This document shows positions 50,674-59,689 of a DNA stretch of 64,000 bases, in pieces. Made by a program: the position numbers and the translations under genes. The stretch comes from Anaerolineae bacterium. Lineage in GTDB: Bacteria > Chloroflexota > Anaerolineae > UBA1429. The notes below the pieces were generated by a model. The model searched no databases. It was not told the origin of the DNA and saw only the letters and a list, made by a program, of their open reading frames with translations. The stretch's first letter is position 1. The number at the start of each line of letters is the position of its first letter. The stretch is taken from contig OY776562.1 in NCBI GenBank assembly GCA_963675785.1, positions 320,001-384,000 on the forward strand. The letters run 5' to 3'.

Positions 50674-51774
50674 ATGCGCTACAAATCTGCGTTACTTGGT
50701 GCAATTCTCCTCGCAAATACGGTGTGTGTTGGTTTTGGCCCCGCTGTTCTAACCAATGCAGATGTGCCCACTTCGGTAGTTGCTCCAGAGCAGATTCAGC
50801 TTCCTGTGGGTGTGCCCTGCCTCGAGCTGACGGCGGCTGCCTGGATTCTCGTGGACGAACCAACGGGACAGATACTTTGTGCCAATAACGAGCATGAACA
50901 ACGAGCGCAGGCCAGCCTGGTCAAGTTAGCTACTGCCCTCGTTGCGCTTGAGCGCGGCAATCTGGATGACAAGCTCACAGTGGCCTGGGCGGATCTCACG
51001 GTGGGCACCAGCGTTCCCATTGTTCAGAATGAAGAGTATTCTTTGTATGAGCTACTGGTGGCGCTGCTTATGGCTTCAGACAATGCTGCTGGCGTTACGA
51101 TTGCCCGGAGTCTTGCCGGTGATGAGACTTTGTTCGTAGAGTGGATGAACGAGTTTGTCTCTGGTTTGGGGCTGCAAGATACCCATTATGCCAATGCCCA
51201 CGGCCTGGATGAAGATGGTGGCTACTCTAGCGCCTACGATACGGCCATTTTGACGCGATACGCCATGCAGAACGAGATTTTTGCTGGCATTGTGGCCAAA
51301 CAAAATGCCGCTGTAGGTGACTATCTTGCCTTTACTACGAATGAGCTTTTTACCGAATATCCCGGTGTAATAGGCGTTAAAACAGGCACAACAGACAATG
51401 CGGGGGATTGTCTAGTGGCTATGGTGGATCGAGCTCAGGGTCGAGCCCTTACCGTGGTGTTAGGTTCTGAGGATCGTTATGCCGATACGCGGCAACTGCT
51501 GGATTATTATTACGGGAGTTATGCTGAACTCGATGTTTCGTTGGCTGTCAACGATTTAAACCGTTACCAGGACGAATACGGCGAGTGGCACACGCTTTAC
51601 ACGCAAGACGAGGCTATTTTGTTACTCCCGGTAACAAAAGTGCGAGATATCAAGATTTTCCGGAATTTAACGAACCCTATTCCAAATCCCAATTCGACGA
51701 CCCCTGTAGGTACGCTTGATGTATACCTCGGGGGAGAACTCTATATGCAGGTGCCCATGTATGCCCACCAATAA
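50674..51774 (+). CDS. D-alanyl-D-alanine carboxypeptidase (peptidase S11)
   Basis: ASLVK (SxxK), SDN and KTG motifs. Confidence 0.92.
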   Translation: MRYKSALLGAILLANTVCVGFGPAVLTNADVPTSVVAPEQIQLPVGVPCLELTAAAWILVDEPTGQILCANNEHEQRAQASLVKLATALVALERGNLDDKLTVAWADLTVGTSVPIVQNEEYSLYELLVALLMASDNAAGVTIARSLAGDETLFVEWMNEFVSGLGLQDTHYANAHGLDEDGGYSSAYDTAILTRYAMQNEIFAGIVAKQNAAVGDYLAFTTNELFTEYPGVIGVKTGTTDNAGDCLVAMVDRAQGRALTVVLGSEDRYADTRQLLDYYYGSYAELDVSLAVNDLNRYQDEYGEWHTLYTQDEAILLLPVTKVRDIKIFRNLTNPIPNPNSTTPVGTLDVYLGGELYMQVPMYAHQ

Positions 51775-52531
51775 TGAGAATACTAGCCTGGAGCGCTTGC
51801 AAAAGTATCTTGCTCGCTCGGGCGTAGCTTCGCGTCGTGCTTCTGAAGAACTTATTAGCCAGGGCAAAGTCACGGTTAATGGCAACATTGTTCGGGAGAT
51901 GGGTTTTCAAGTAAACCCTGATACGGACCGCGTAGCCGTGGGCGGTAGGCTCATCGAGCCGGTGCAATATGAATACTGGGCTGTTTACAAGCCCATAGGT
52001 TATGTTTCTACTACAAGTGATACGCACGGTCGACCGACAGTGGTGCAACTTGTCAAGGGAAACACTCGTCTCTACCCTGTAGGGCGCCTTGATGCTGACA
52101 GCGAAGGGTTGATGCTGCTTACGAACGATGGGCCCCTCGCTCAAAAACTGATGCATCCAAGTTTTCAGCATGAAAAGGAATATCTGGTGCTGATTCGCGG
52201 TGACCTGACCAATGCTGCTATACGGATGCTAGAACGCGGCGTGCAGTTGGAGGGGGAAGAAACGCGTGCCAGAGCCCAGGTTGAACGGTCGCCGCGAGAT
52301 TGGGCCTGGCGCAGGCATCGACCTGTGCGGGGCGATATCTGGGCACGATTTGTGCTACAGCAAGGGCAAAAGAGGCAAATTCGGCGTATGCTGAACATGG
52401 TTCATTGTCATGTGCAGCGTATTGTGCGCGTTCGTATTGGCACACTGGAAATAGGCAACCTGGTATCCGGCGAGGCCCGGCGTCTTTCTGCAGATGAGAT
52501 CATCGCTTTGCGAGAATTGGCCGGTCTTTAG
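51761..52531 (+). CDS. rluB: RsuA/RluB-family pseudouridine synthase
   Basis: S4 domain (ERLQKYLARSGVASRR) and YPVGRLD motif. Located upstream of cmk. Confidence 0.85.
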   Translation: MPTNNENTSLERLQKYLARSGVASRRASEELISQGKVTVNGNIVREMGFQVNPDTDRVAVGGRLIEPVQYEYWAVYKPIGYVSTTSDTHGRPTVVQLVKGNTRLYPVGRLDADSEGLMLLTNDGPLAQKLMHPSFQHEKEYLVLIRGDLTNAAIRMLERGVQLEGEETRARAQVERSPRDWAWRRHRPVRGDIWARFVLQQGQKRQIRRMLNMVHCHVQRIVRVRIGTLEIGNLVSGEARRLSADEIIALRELAGL

Positions 52532-52546
52532 TCAAGGGGTTATGTT

Positions 52547-53242
52547 TTGAAGAATCTTTGCATCGCGATTGATGGCCCAGCTGCATCCGGCAAGAGCACG
52601 GTGGGTTCCAAGTTGGCCGACCGATTGGGCTTTTTGTTTTTTGATACGGGCGTCATGTACCGCGCGGTGACCTGGGCAGCTCTGGATCGGGGGATCGCCA
52701 TCGCCAATGAAGAGGCGGTTTCTGAACTAGCCGCGATGATCAAAATCGAGGTCACCAAGCCCGAGATAGAGGATGGCCGCCAATACACAGTGTGGGTGGA
52801 TCATCAGGATGTAACATGGCAACTGCGCAGCAACGCTGTTAATGGCGGTGTCTCACCTGTATCCACCTATGCCGGTGTTCGCCGTGCGCTTACAGAACAA
52901 CAGAGGCGCATCGCTGATTCTGGGGCAATAGTGATGGTGGGGCGAGATATTGGCTCGGTTGTCGTGCCGAATGCCGATGTCAAAGTGTATTTAGATGCCA
53001 CCATCGAAGAACGCGCTCGCCGCCGCTTGGTGGATATGCAGGCTCGTGGTCAAAAGGCAGATATGGATGCCGTGGTAGAAAACCTCTGTTCTCGCGACCG
53101 TATTGATAGTACTCGCAAGGTGGCCCCCCTTAGCATCCCCGTGGGGGCTACAATTATCGATTCTACCGAGCTCTCTATCGATCAGGTCGTGGACAAGATC
53201 GTGACTCTGGTAGCGACTGCGCAAGAAAAGGCCGATTGCTGA
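52547..53242 (+). CDS. cmk: cytidylate kinase
   Basis: IAIDGPAASGKST, DTGVMYRA and GRDIG motifs. Confidence 0.96.
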   Translation: MKNLCIAIDGPAASGKSTVGSKLADRLGFLFFDTGVMYRAVTWAALDRGIAIANEEAVSELAAMIKIEVTKPEIEDGRQYTVWVDHQDVTWQLRSNAVNGGVSPVSTYAGVRRALTEQQRRIADSGAIVMVGRDIGSVVVPNADVKVYLDATIEERARRRLVDMQARGQKADMDAVVENLCSRDRIDSTRKVAPLSIPVGATIIDSTELSIDQVVDKIVTLVATAQEKADC

Positions 53243-54558
53243 TGGACTGCCCTCATGGCGGTGTGATCAAGGATGTTGCGTCGGGGAGTCTTGGCGAAGA
53301 AATCGGCATAGAACCAGGGGATATTCTACGTTCTATCAATGGGCATTGTTTGCGGGATGTGATCGACTACCAGTTCTATAGCGACGACGAGGAACTCGAA
53401 CTGGTTTTGGAGCGTTCTGGCAAACAGCACGTAATAGAGGTCGAGCGCGATTTAGACGAGCCTCTGGGCCTCGATTTTACAGAACTCGTTTTTGATGGCA
53501 TGCGCCTTTGCCGCAACCGCTGCGAGTTTTGTTTTGTAGCCCAATTACGACCCGGTTTGCGCCGTTCACTGTATGTGCGCGATGATGACTATCGCTATTC
53601 TTTTCTTTCGGCCAGCTATGTTACCCTCACCAATCTTACGCAGGATGACTGGGATCGGCTTGAAGAACAGCGTCTTTCGCCGCTTTACATCTCGGTGCAT
53701 GCCACCAATCTGACTGTACGGCGGCAATTATTGGGGCGTCCAGATGCGCCAGACATCATGGAGCAGCTCAAGCGCTTGAGAGAACTGAGTATCCAGGTGC
53801 ATTGCCAGATTGTCATATGTCCGGGACGTAACGATGGAGAGGTACTCAAACGCTCTATTCGCGATCTGGCCTCGCTTTGGCCCACCGTACAGACTTTGGC
53901 ACTTGTCCCCGTCGGCCTGACACGTTTTCATCAGGGAGATGTGCGCCGTGTGGATGTGACTGAGGCAAAGGAGATCATCACCGCGACTGATTGTGCCGCA
54001 CAGGATATCCGGCATCTCATTGGCAGAACTTGGGTTTATCCTTCAGATGAGCTTTATCTTTTGGCAGGGGTAGATATACCATCACAGACGTTCTATGATG
54101 ATGATGCTCAGTATGGCAACGGCGTTGGCATGGTACGCGATTTGCTGGAAGACTGGGCGGATGCCAGACCAGCTCTGGAGAACAAGAACTCTCGCTTCAC
54201 GCGAGTGGTTATTGTAACAGGAGAACTGGTTGCTCCCATTTTGGCCAAGGTGGCTGCCGAAGCAGCACGTCTGCTGGATATTGATCTGATGGTGTTGCCC
54301 GTCACCAATCATTTTATGGGTGAGATGGTTACCGTCGCTGGATTGCTCACTGGCGTGGATGTGCTGAGCGCGCTGGCAGATGTGGATGCCGAAGCGGTGT
54401 TTCTCCCGCGTTCCATGTTCGACCAGGATGGCGTATTGACGCTGGATGGTATGACCTGGGATCAGTTAGTTGAGGCAATTGGTCGTCCCACATTCTGCGG
54501 GAGAGGCTTTTCCGGCATCGTTGCACAGCTTGTCAAGGAGGATGCGATCGAACAATAA
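53241..54558 (+). CDS. PDZ / radical-SAM-like DUF512 protein
   Basis: CRNRCEFC (CxxxCxxC), DDDYRYSF and VPVGLT motifs. Start approximate (53236-53242). Confidence 0.85.
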
Positions 54559-54571
54559 GGATACTGGGGAG

Positions 54572-54776
54572 TATAGCGCAAGGCCTGCCATTGTGGCAGG
54601 ATACGAGGAGGAGGTTCCTCGCTGCAAAGCGAGGTTAATTCCGCCCACCCGGGTGGGAGAAAATCGACAGATCTGCGGATGCCTCCAAGAGTGCGCACCA
54701 CTCTTTACTTCCCCTCCAAGAGGACCATGTCAAAACCCGCCGGTAACGGCGCGACAGCACATGGCGCCAGTGCACG
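54572..54776 (+). ncRNA. glmS ribozyme (GlcN6P-activated), variant
   Basis: A^GCGCA cleavage site (54575/54576), P1, ACGAGG, GGAGGUU, AUCGA, GCGGAUGCCUCC, P3 and CAAAAC...GGUAAC P4, directly upstream of glmS. Confidence 0.88.
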
Positions 54777-54863
54777 AATCATTCTGTTACATCATCATTT
54801 TTCGGTCGTGTTCGCACGGCTGTGGTTGTGCGCATGTGTGCGTGCGACCTTGGAGGGAGTGTT

Positions 54864-56711
54864 ATGTGTGGAATCGTTGGTTATGTGGGTTACAAACAGG
54901 CCGCTGATGTCGTTGTCAAGGGCTTGCAACGCCTTGAATATCGTGGGTATGACTCGGCTGGTTTAGCCGTCGTCATACCTGATGGCAGCATAGAGCGCCG
55001 CCGCAGCGTCGGCAAGCTCATCAACCTCATGGACAGGATGGAACAGGAACCCGTTGAAGGTACTGTGGGTATGGGCCATACGCGTTGGGCTACCCATGGA
55101 GGTGTGACCGAGGCTAACTGCCACCCTCATGTGGATGCCAGTGGTCAGGTTGTGGTCATTCAGAACGGCATCGTTGAAAATTATCTCGAGCTCAAACAAG
55201 AACTGGAGCAAGAGGGTGTAGTATTCTCCTCTCAGACCGATACCGAAGTTATTGCCCAACTCATTGGGCGCATCTATGACGGTGGAAAATGTGACTTGGC
55301 GGAGGCAGTGAGGGAAGCAATGCAGCAGCTAGAGGGCGCCAGTGCCATTGTGGTGCTCAGCGCACTCCAGCCGGATCGCTTGGTGGCAGCACGGTTGGGC
55401 AATGCCGGGGGCATCGTCATCGGTGTCGGTGAGGGAGAAATGTTTATCGCCTCGGATATGCCGGCCATCCTCGATCACACGCAAGAGATGATTTTTGTAA
55501 AAGACCACGAGATAGCTGTAGTTACGGCAAATGGTGTCGAGATCGAAACTTTCGATCGAATGCCTGTCGAACTTGAGATAACGCATGTGGCCTGGAACCC
55601 GGTGTTGGCTGCCAAGGATGGCTACAAGCATTTTATGCTCAAAGAGATCCACGAGCAATCCCGCTCGGTGACAGACGCTATTCGCGGTCGGGTGGATTTT
55701 GACAGCGCTCGAGTCATCTTGCAGGATTTGGATTCGATCAAGCCCGTTATCCCGCATTTGCGCCGCATTCATGCTGTGGCCTGCGGAACTGCATGGCATG
55801 CCTGCCTGCTGGCCAAATTCCTCATCGAGGATTTGGCCAAGATTCCGGTTGAGGTTGACTATGCCAGCGAATTTCGCTATCGCCAACCCCTGCTCGAACC
55901 GGGCAGTATTGTGCTGGTCATCACCCAATCGGGCGAGACGGTGGATACGCTGGCGGCGATGGAAGAGGCCCGCGATCATGGCATGCAGTCTATTGCCCTG
56001 GTAAATGTGGTGGGCAGCCAAGCGGCCCGTGTGGCTGATGGCGTCATCTATCTCAATGCCGGACCGGAGATCGGCGTAGCCTCGACCAAAGCCTTTACCT
56101 CCCAGGTAGTGGCGGCATATCTATTGGCTTTATATCTGGCACAGGAGCGAGGCACGTTATCTTTTGAGCAGCGGCGCACGTTGCTGCGTGAACTCGCTGA
56201 ACTACCGGCCCGTGTGGGAACTGTGCTCAAGAATGGTAACGACTATGAAGCCATTGCTCGCAAATACATGAATTGCCGGGATTTTCTTTTCCTTGGCCGC
56301 GGCATTAACTATCCCGTGGCGCTCGAAGGGGCTCTCAAACTCAAAGAGATTTCCTACATTCATGCTGAGGGATATCCCGCCGGTGAGATGAAGCATGGTC
56401 CCATCGCCCTCATCGATGAAAAGATGCCGGTGGTGGCCATTTGCCCACAGGATCATGTGCGTGACAAGATGCTTAGCAACATCGAACAGGTACGCGCTCG
56501 CGGTGGGCGCGTAATCGCTGTGGCGACTGCTGGGGATGAGCAAGTTGCTCAAAAGGCAGATGATGTCATCTTTGTGCCTCAGGCATCCCATTACCTAACG
56601 CCCATTCTTTGCGTGATCCCCTTGCAACTGCTGGCGTATCACATCGCCGTATTGCGCGGCTGCGATGTGGATCAACCACGTAACCTGGCCAAGAGCGTCA
56701 CAGTAGAATAA
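54864..56711 (+). CDS. glmS: glutamine--fructose-6-phosphate aminotransferase
   Basis: MCGIVGY start, GHTRWATHG, SQ/TQSGET-type SIS motif and PRNLAKSVTVE end. Confidence 0.98.
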   Translation: MCGIVGYVGYKQAADVVVKGLQRLEYRGYDSAGLAVVIPDGSIERRRSVGKLINLMDRMEQEPVEGTVGMGHTRWATHGGVTEANCHPHVDASGQVVVIQNGIVENYLELKQELEQEGVVFSSQTDTEVIAQLIGRIYDGGKCDLAEAVREAMQQLEGASAIVVLSALQPDRLVAARLGNAGGIVIGVGEGEMFIASDMPAILDHTQEMIFVKDHEIAVVTANGVEIETFDRMPVELEITHVAWNPVLAAKDGYKHFMLKEIHEQSRSVTDAIRGRVDFDSARVILQDLDSIKPVIPHLRRIHAVACGTAWHACLLAKFLIEDLAKIPVEVDYASEFRYRQPLLEPGSIVLVITQSGETVDTLAAMEEARDHGMQSIALVNVVGSQAARVADGVIYLNAGPEIGVASTKAFTSQVVAAYLLALYLAQERGTLSFEQRRTLLRELAELPARVGTVLKNGNDYEAIARKYMNCRDFLFLGRGINYPVALEGALKLKEISYIHAEGYPAGEMKHGPIALIDEKMPVVAICPQDHVRDKMLSNIEQVRARGGRVIAVATAGDEQVAQKADDVIFVPQASHYLTPILCVIPLQLLAYHIAVLRGCDVDQPRNLAKSVTVE

Positions 56712-56732
56712 GCACCAGATGAGGTAGAACGA

Positions 56733-56781
56733 GTGACGGGCTTTTTCGATCTGGCATTTGCCAGAGCGAAAAAGCCCGTCA
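56733..56781. terminator. hairpin between convergent genes
   Basis: TGACGGGCTTTTTCG/CGAAAAAGCCCGTCA. Confidence 0.7.
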
Positions 56782-56815
56782 TGGTATATAGGATAGCATT
56801 GTATAAGGATTGAGC

Positions 56816-57538
56816 CTATCGACCAGCGCAGCTCAGCGGAAGCTCTAATCCACAAGCTTCCATGGTGGCTTTGTCTCGCAGAATACTTTGGGCATCTCCA
56901 TCGGCAAAGAGGGATCCGTTCTGCAGCACAATGACGCGATCGCATAAATCCAGTGCCATGTCTAAATCATGGGTGGCAATGACTTTGGTCAGCTTGAGCC
57001 CTGCCAAAAGCGCAATGATGTTGCGACGTGCCCGGGGATCAAGAAAAGAGGAAGGCTCGTCTAGCAGCATGATTGAGGGCCGCATGGATAGAACACTGCC
57101 GAATGCGGCAATACGCTTTTCCCCCCCAGATAATTTGTGGGGCATTTTGTTCCTGAGGTGCTCGGCATTCAACACTTGAAGCACTTCGGAGACGCGCTCC
57201 TCCACCTCTTGCTCAGAAAGGCCATAGTTTCTTGGTCCAAAGGCGATATCGTCATATACATTGGGCATAAAGAGTTGATCATCTGGATTTTGGAATACCA
57301 TCCCCATTTGTGCCCTTATCTCGGGCAAGTTGTCCTTTTTCACTTCCAGGCCGTTAACCTGCAGCTTGCCACTGGCTGGCGCGATGATGCCCAAAAACGC
57401 CAAAAGCAGGGTAGACTTTCCTGCTCCGTTAGCACCCACGATGGCTACACTTTGCCCATCATCGATCCGAAAGCTCAGATCATGAATCGCTCGAGTGCCA
57501 TCTGGATAGGTTATGCCGAGTTCTTCAACCTCTATCAA
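56816..57538 (-). CDS. cbiO: ECF Ni/Co transporter ATPase (CbiO/NikO)
   Basis: GANGAGKST, FQNPDDQLF, LSGGEK and LLDEP motifs. Start TTG 57538. Confidence 0.92.
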   Translation of the reverse strand: MIEVEELGITYPDGTRAIHDLSFRIDDGQSVAIVGANGAGKSTLLLAFLGIIAPASGKLQVNGLEVKKDNLPEIRAQMGMVFQNPDDQLFMPNVYDDIAFGPRNYGLSEQEVEERVSEVLQVLNAEHLRNKMPHKLSGGEKRIAAFGSVLSMRPSIMLLDEPSSFLDPRARRNIIALLAGLKLTKVIATHDLDMALDLCDRVIVLQNGSLFADGDAQSILRDKATMEACGLELPLSCAGR

Positions 57539-57548
57539 AAATTCCCCC

Positions 57549-58319
57549 TCAGACAAACATCTGCCCCAATAATTGGCTGAGATCAAAGAATCGAAAGCCA
57601 ATGACAAGTAGACAAAAAAAGACCGCATAGACGAAATCGGTAATTTGAAGGCTATGCTTTTGAGCAAAGCCCATCGCGCCGTGAAAACCTCTGCATTTCA
57701 TAGCGTAATAGACGCGTTCAGTGCGGTCGATGCTTCGCAATAAGAGTTCCCCTATAAAACTGCCCATATGATGCAGCTGAATCCCCTTGTTCCGTGGGGA
57801 GCGAAGCAGGTATGCGGTATACATGGTAGACGCCTCGTTCAGCAGAATGCTGAGATAGCGGTATGTCATTGTGATTTGCATCACGAGAATGGGCGGGATT
57901 TTGAACCTTATGAGTTGGTTGGAAAGATCTCGCAATGGGGTGGTGGAAACGAGGATCAACACAGCCATGACGGTAAGGTATGTCTTTAGAAGGATCGTAA
58001 AAAGCGAAAGTACGCCAGCGCTTATGGCAATTCCACCAATAACAAAAGCTGTCTCTGTATCAAAAATGATGTTCGATACACCTGCCAGCAAACTAAAAGG
58101 AAGTGCTAGCACGAGTCGTTTGAGAAGTTGGTTGTAAGGCGTTTCGGAGACAGCCATAGCCACAAAAGGGTAAAAAAGATATGGAAAGAGCTTGCTCAGA
58201 GCGTAACGATCAAAGGATATGACGACTATTAGATAGACAAAAGTTGCCAAGAGCTTGACAGATGGGTGAATACGATGAATCGCAGTATCCCCATTGGCAA
58301 GCTCTTCCAACGTATACAT
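57549..58319 (-). CDS. cbiQ: ECF Ni/Co transporter T component (CbiQ/NikQ)
   Basis: HRIHPSVK, YRYL and AMKCRGF motifs. Confidence 0.92.
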   Translation of the reverse strand: MYTLEELANGDTAIHRIHPSVKLLATFVYLIVVISFDRYALSKLFPYLFYPFVAMAVSETPYNQLLKRLVLALPFSLLAGVSNIIFDTETAFVIGGIAISAGVLSLFTILLKTYLTVMAVLILVSTTPLRDLSNQLIRFKIPPILVMQITMTYRYLSILLNEASTMYTAYLLRSPRNKGIQLHHMGSFIGELLLRSIDRTERVYYAMKCRGFHGAMGFAQKHSLQITDFVYAVFFCLLVIGFRFFDLSQLLGQMFV

Positions 58320-58430
58320 ATCGGAAAGACTACTCGTTATGTTAGCGATCTTGTTCCCCCATTGCTACACAAAACTTGCAGCAACCCCTACGCGCTGTAG
58401 AGGCTGCTGCATTTTGAGTCCCCAGTCCTT

Positions 58431-59450
58431 CTATGCGCTGGCTTCTGTTCGGCGCTTCTTTTTTGTGGCTGATATAACCAAGCCAGTTGCACCAGCCAAT
58501 GCAAAAGTGAGTGTCCCCCCCACAATTCCGGCTACAGAGGTGCCAACTGCAGAACCTTCCTCTCCATCAGAGGCAAAGGTGTAATCAGGCATGAATGCAG
58601 TTGTTTCTTGTACAGAGGCGGCCGTGTCATAGACACTGCCCTCCGCCTCTAGCTCTGTCGTCCCGCTAACGCCCTCCATAGACCATTCAAGGCCGTCAGG
58701 ATATGAGGAGGCAAAGAGCGAAAGCCCACCACCCACCACCAGCGTGGCAACGATGAGAACGGTGAGCACCTTTTTGGTCGAGATGCCCCCCATTTTAGTC
58801 CTGTTGTATGAGCTAGCCAGAATCTCGGGGCGTGCTGAATACACGTAATAAAGAACGCCTGCTGTAACGATACCCTCCACAAGACCAATAGCTAGGTGGA
58901 TAGGCTGCATAAGAGCAACAAATGCACCAAAAGGTAGTTCGGTAATACCCGATGCCAGGGTCTCTAGTACGACAGAAAATGCACCTGCCTGCAAACCAAT
59001 AACGACAGATGCGATAGAAGCAATGGAAATAGTTTGAAGATTGAGCCCCTTTTTGATCAGCGGTTTAAAGATGAGCGGATAAGACAAGAAGCAAGAGATA
59101 AAGCCCATATTAAAGATGTTACAACCTAGGGCCAGCAGTCCTCCATCGGCAAAGAATAACGCTTGAATAATGAGGACTGCCGTAATAGTGAGAAAGGCGG
59201 GGAATTCTCCAAGGAGGGCGGCGAGTAGGATGCCGCCACCAATATGGCCGCTAGAACCTGTGCCAGGGATAGTAAAGTTGATCATCTGAGCTGCAAAGAC
59301 AAAGGCGCCCATGATGCCCATGAGCGGTATTTTTTTCTCGTCCAGCTCGTCCTTTTTGATTTGTGCTACGGAATAGGCTACGGCGCCAGCGCTGACGGCA
59401 TACATCACGCCACCGACTGCAGGAGACAATAAAGCATCTGCCATGTGCAT
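58431..59450 (-). CDS. cbiM: ECF Ni/Co S component fused to a PDGLE domain (CbiM/NikMN)
   Basis: MHMADALLS N-terminus, GSSGH and PDGLE motifs. Confidence 0.92.
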   Translation of the reverse strand: MHMADALLSPAVGGVMYAVSAGAVAYSVAQIKKDELDEKKIPLMGIMGAFVFAAQMINFTIPGTGSSGHIGGGILLAALLGEFPAFLTITAVLIIQALFFADGGLLALGCNIFNMGFISCFLSYPLIFKPLIKKGLNLQTISIASIASVVIGLQAGAFSVVLETLASGITELPFGAFVALMQPIHLAIGLVEGIVTAGVLYYVYSARPEILASSYNRTKMGGISTKKVLTVLIVATLVVGGGLSLFASSYPDGLEWSMEGVSGTTELEAEGSVYDTAASVQETTAFMPDYTFASDGEEGSAVGTSVAGIVGGTLTFALAGATGLVISATKKKRRTEASA

Positions 59451-59517
59451 AGTTTGTGCTCTCCCTTATGAGTCACAAAGACATGTTCATCTCCAGATGT
59501 CGGCCGTCATCTAGGAG

Positions 59518-59545
59518 GTATGGTGTCAGAAAGCGAGTGTCATGC
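59518..59545. promoter_or_regulatory. NikR-like operator
   Basis: GTATGG-N16-TCATGC versus the E. coli NikR consensus GTATGA-N16-TCATAC. Confidence 0.6.
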
Positions 59546-59573
59546 ATGTCTCTGTAACGTCAAATCCGGGCAA

Positions 59574-59602
59574 ACTATAATGCGCATAATGAAATTTGTC
59601 AA
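59574..59602 (-). promoter_or_regulatory. sigma70-type promoter of the cbiMQO/nik operon
   Basis: TTGACA-17 nt-TATAGT. Confidence 0.7.
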
Positions 59603-59689
59603 TGTTATTGCGAATATTTGCAATAACATTGACAGGCAACAATATGATATGCTTGATTTTGTGCTGGGCGTGTTCGACTGAGAGCTCTC

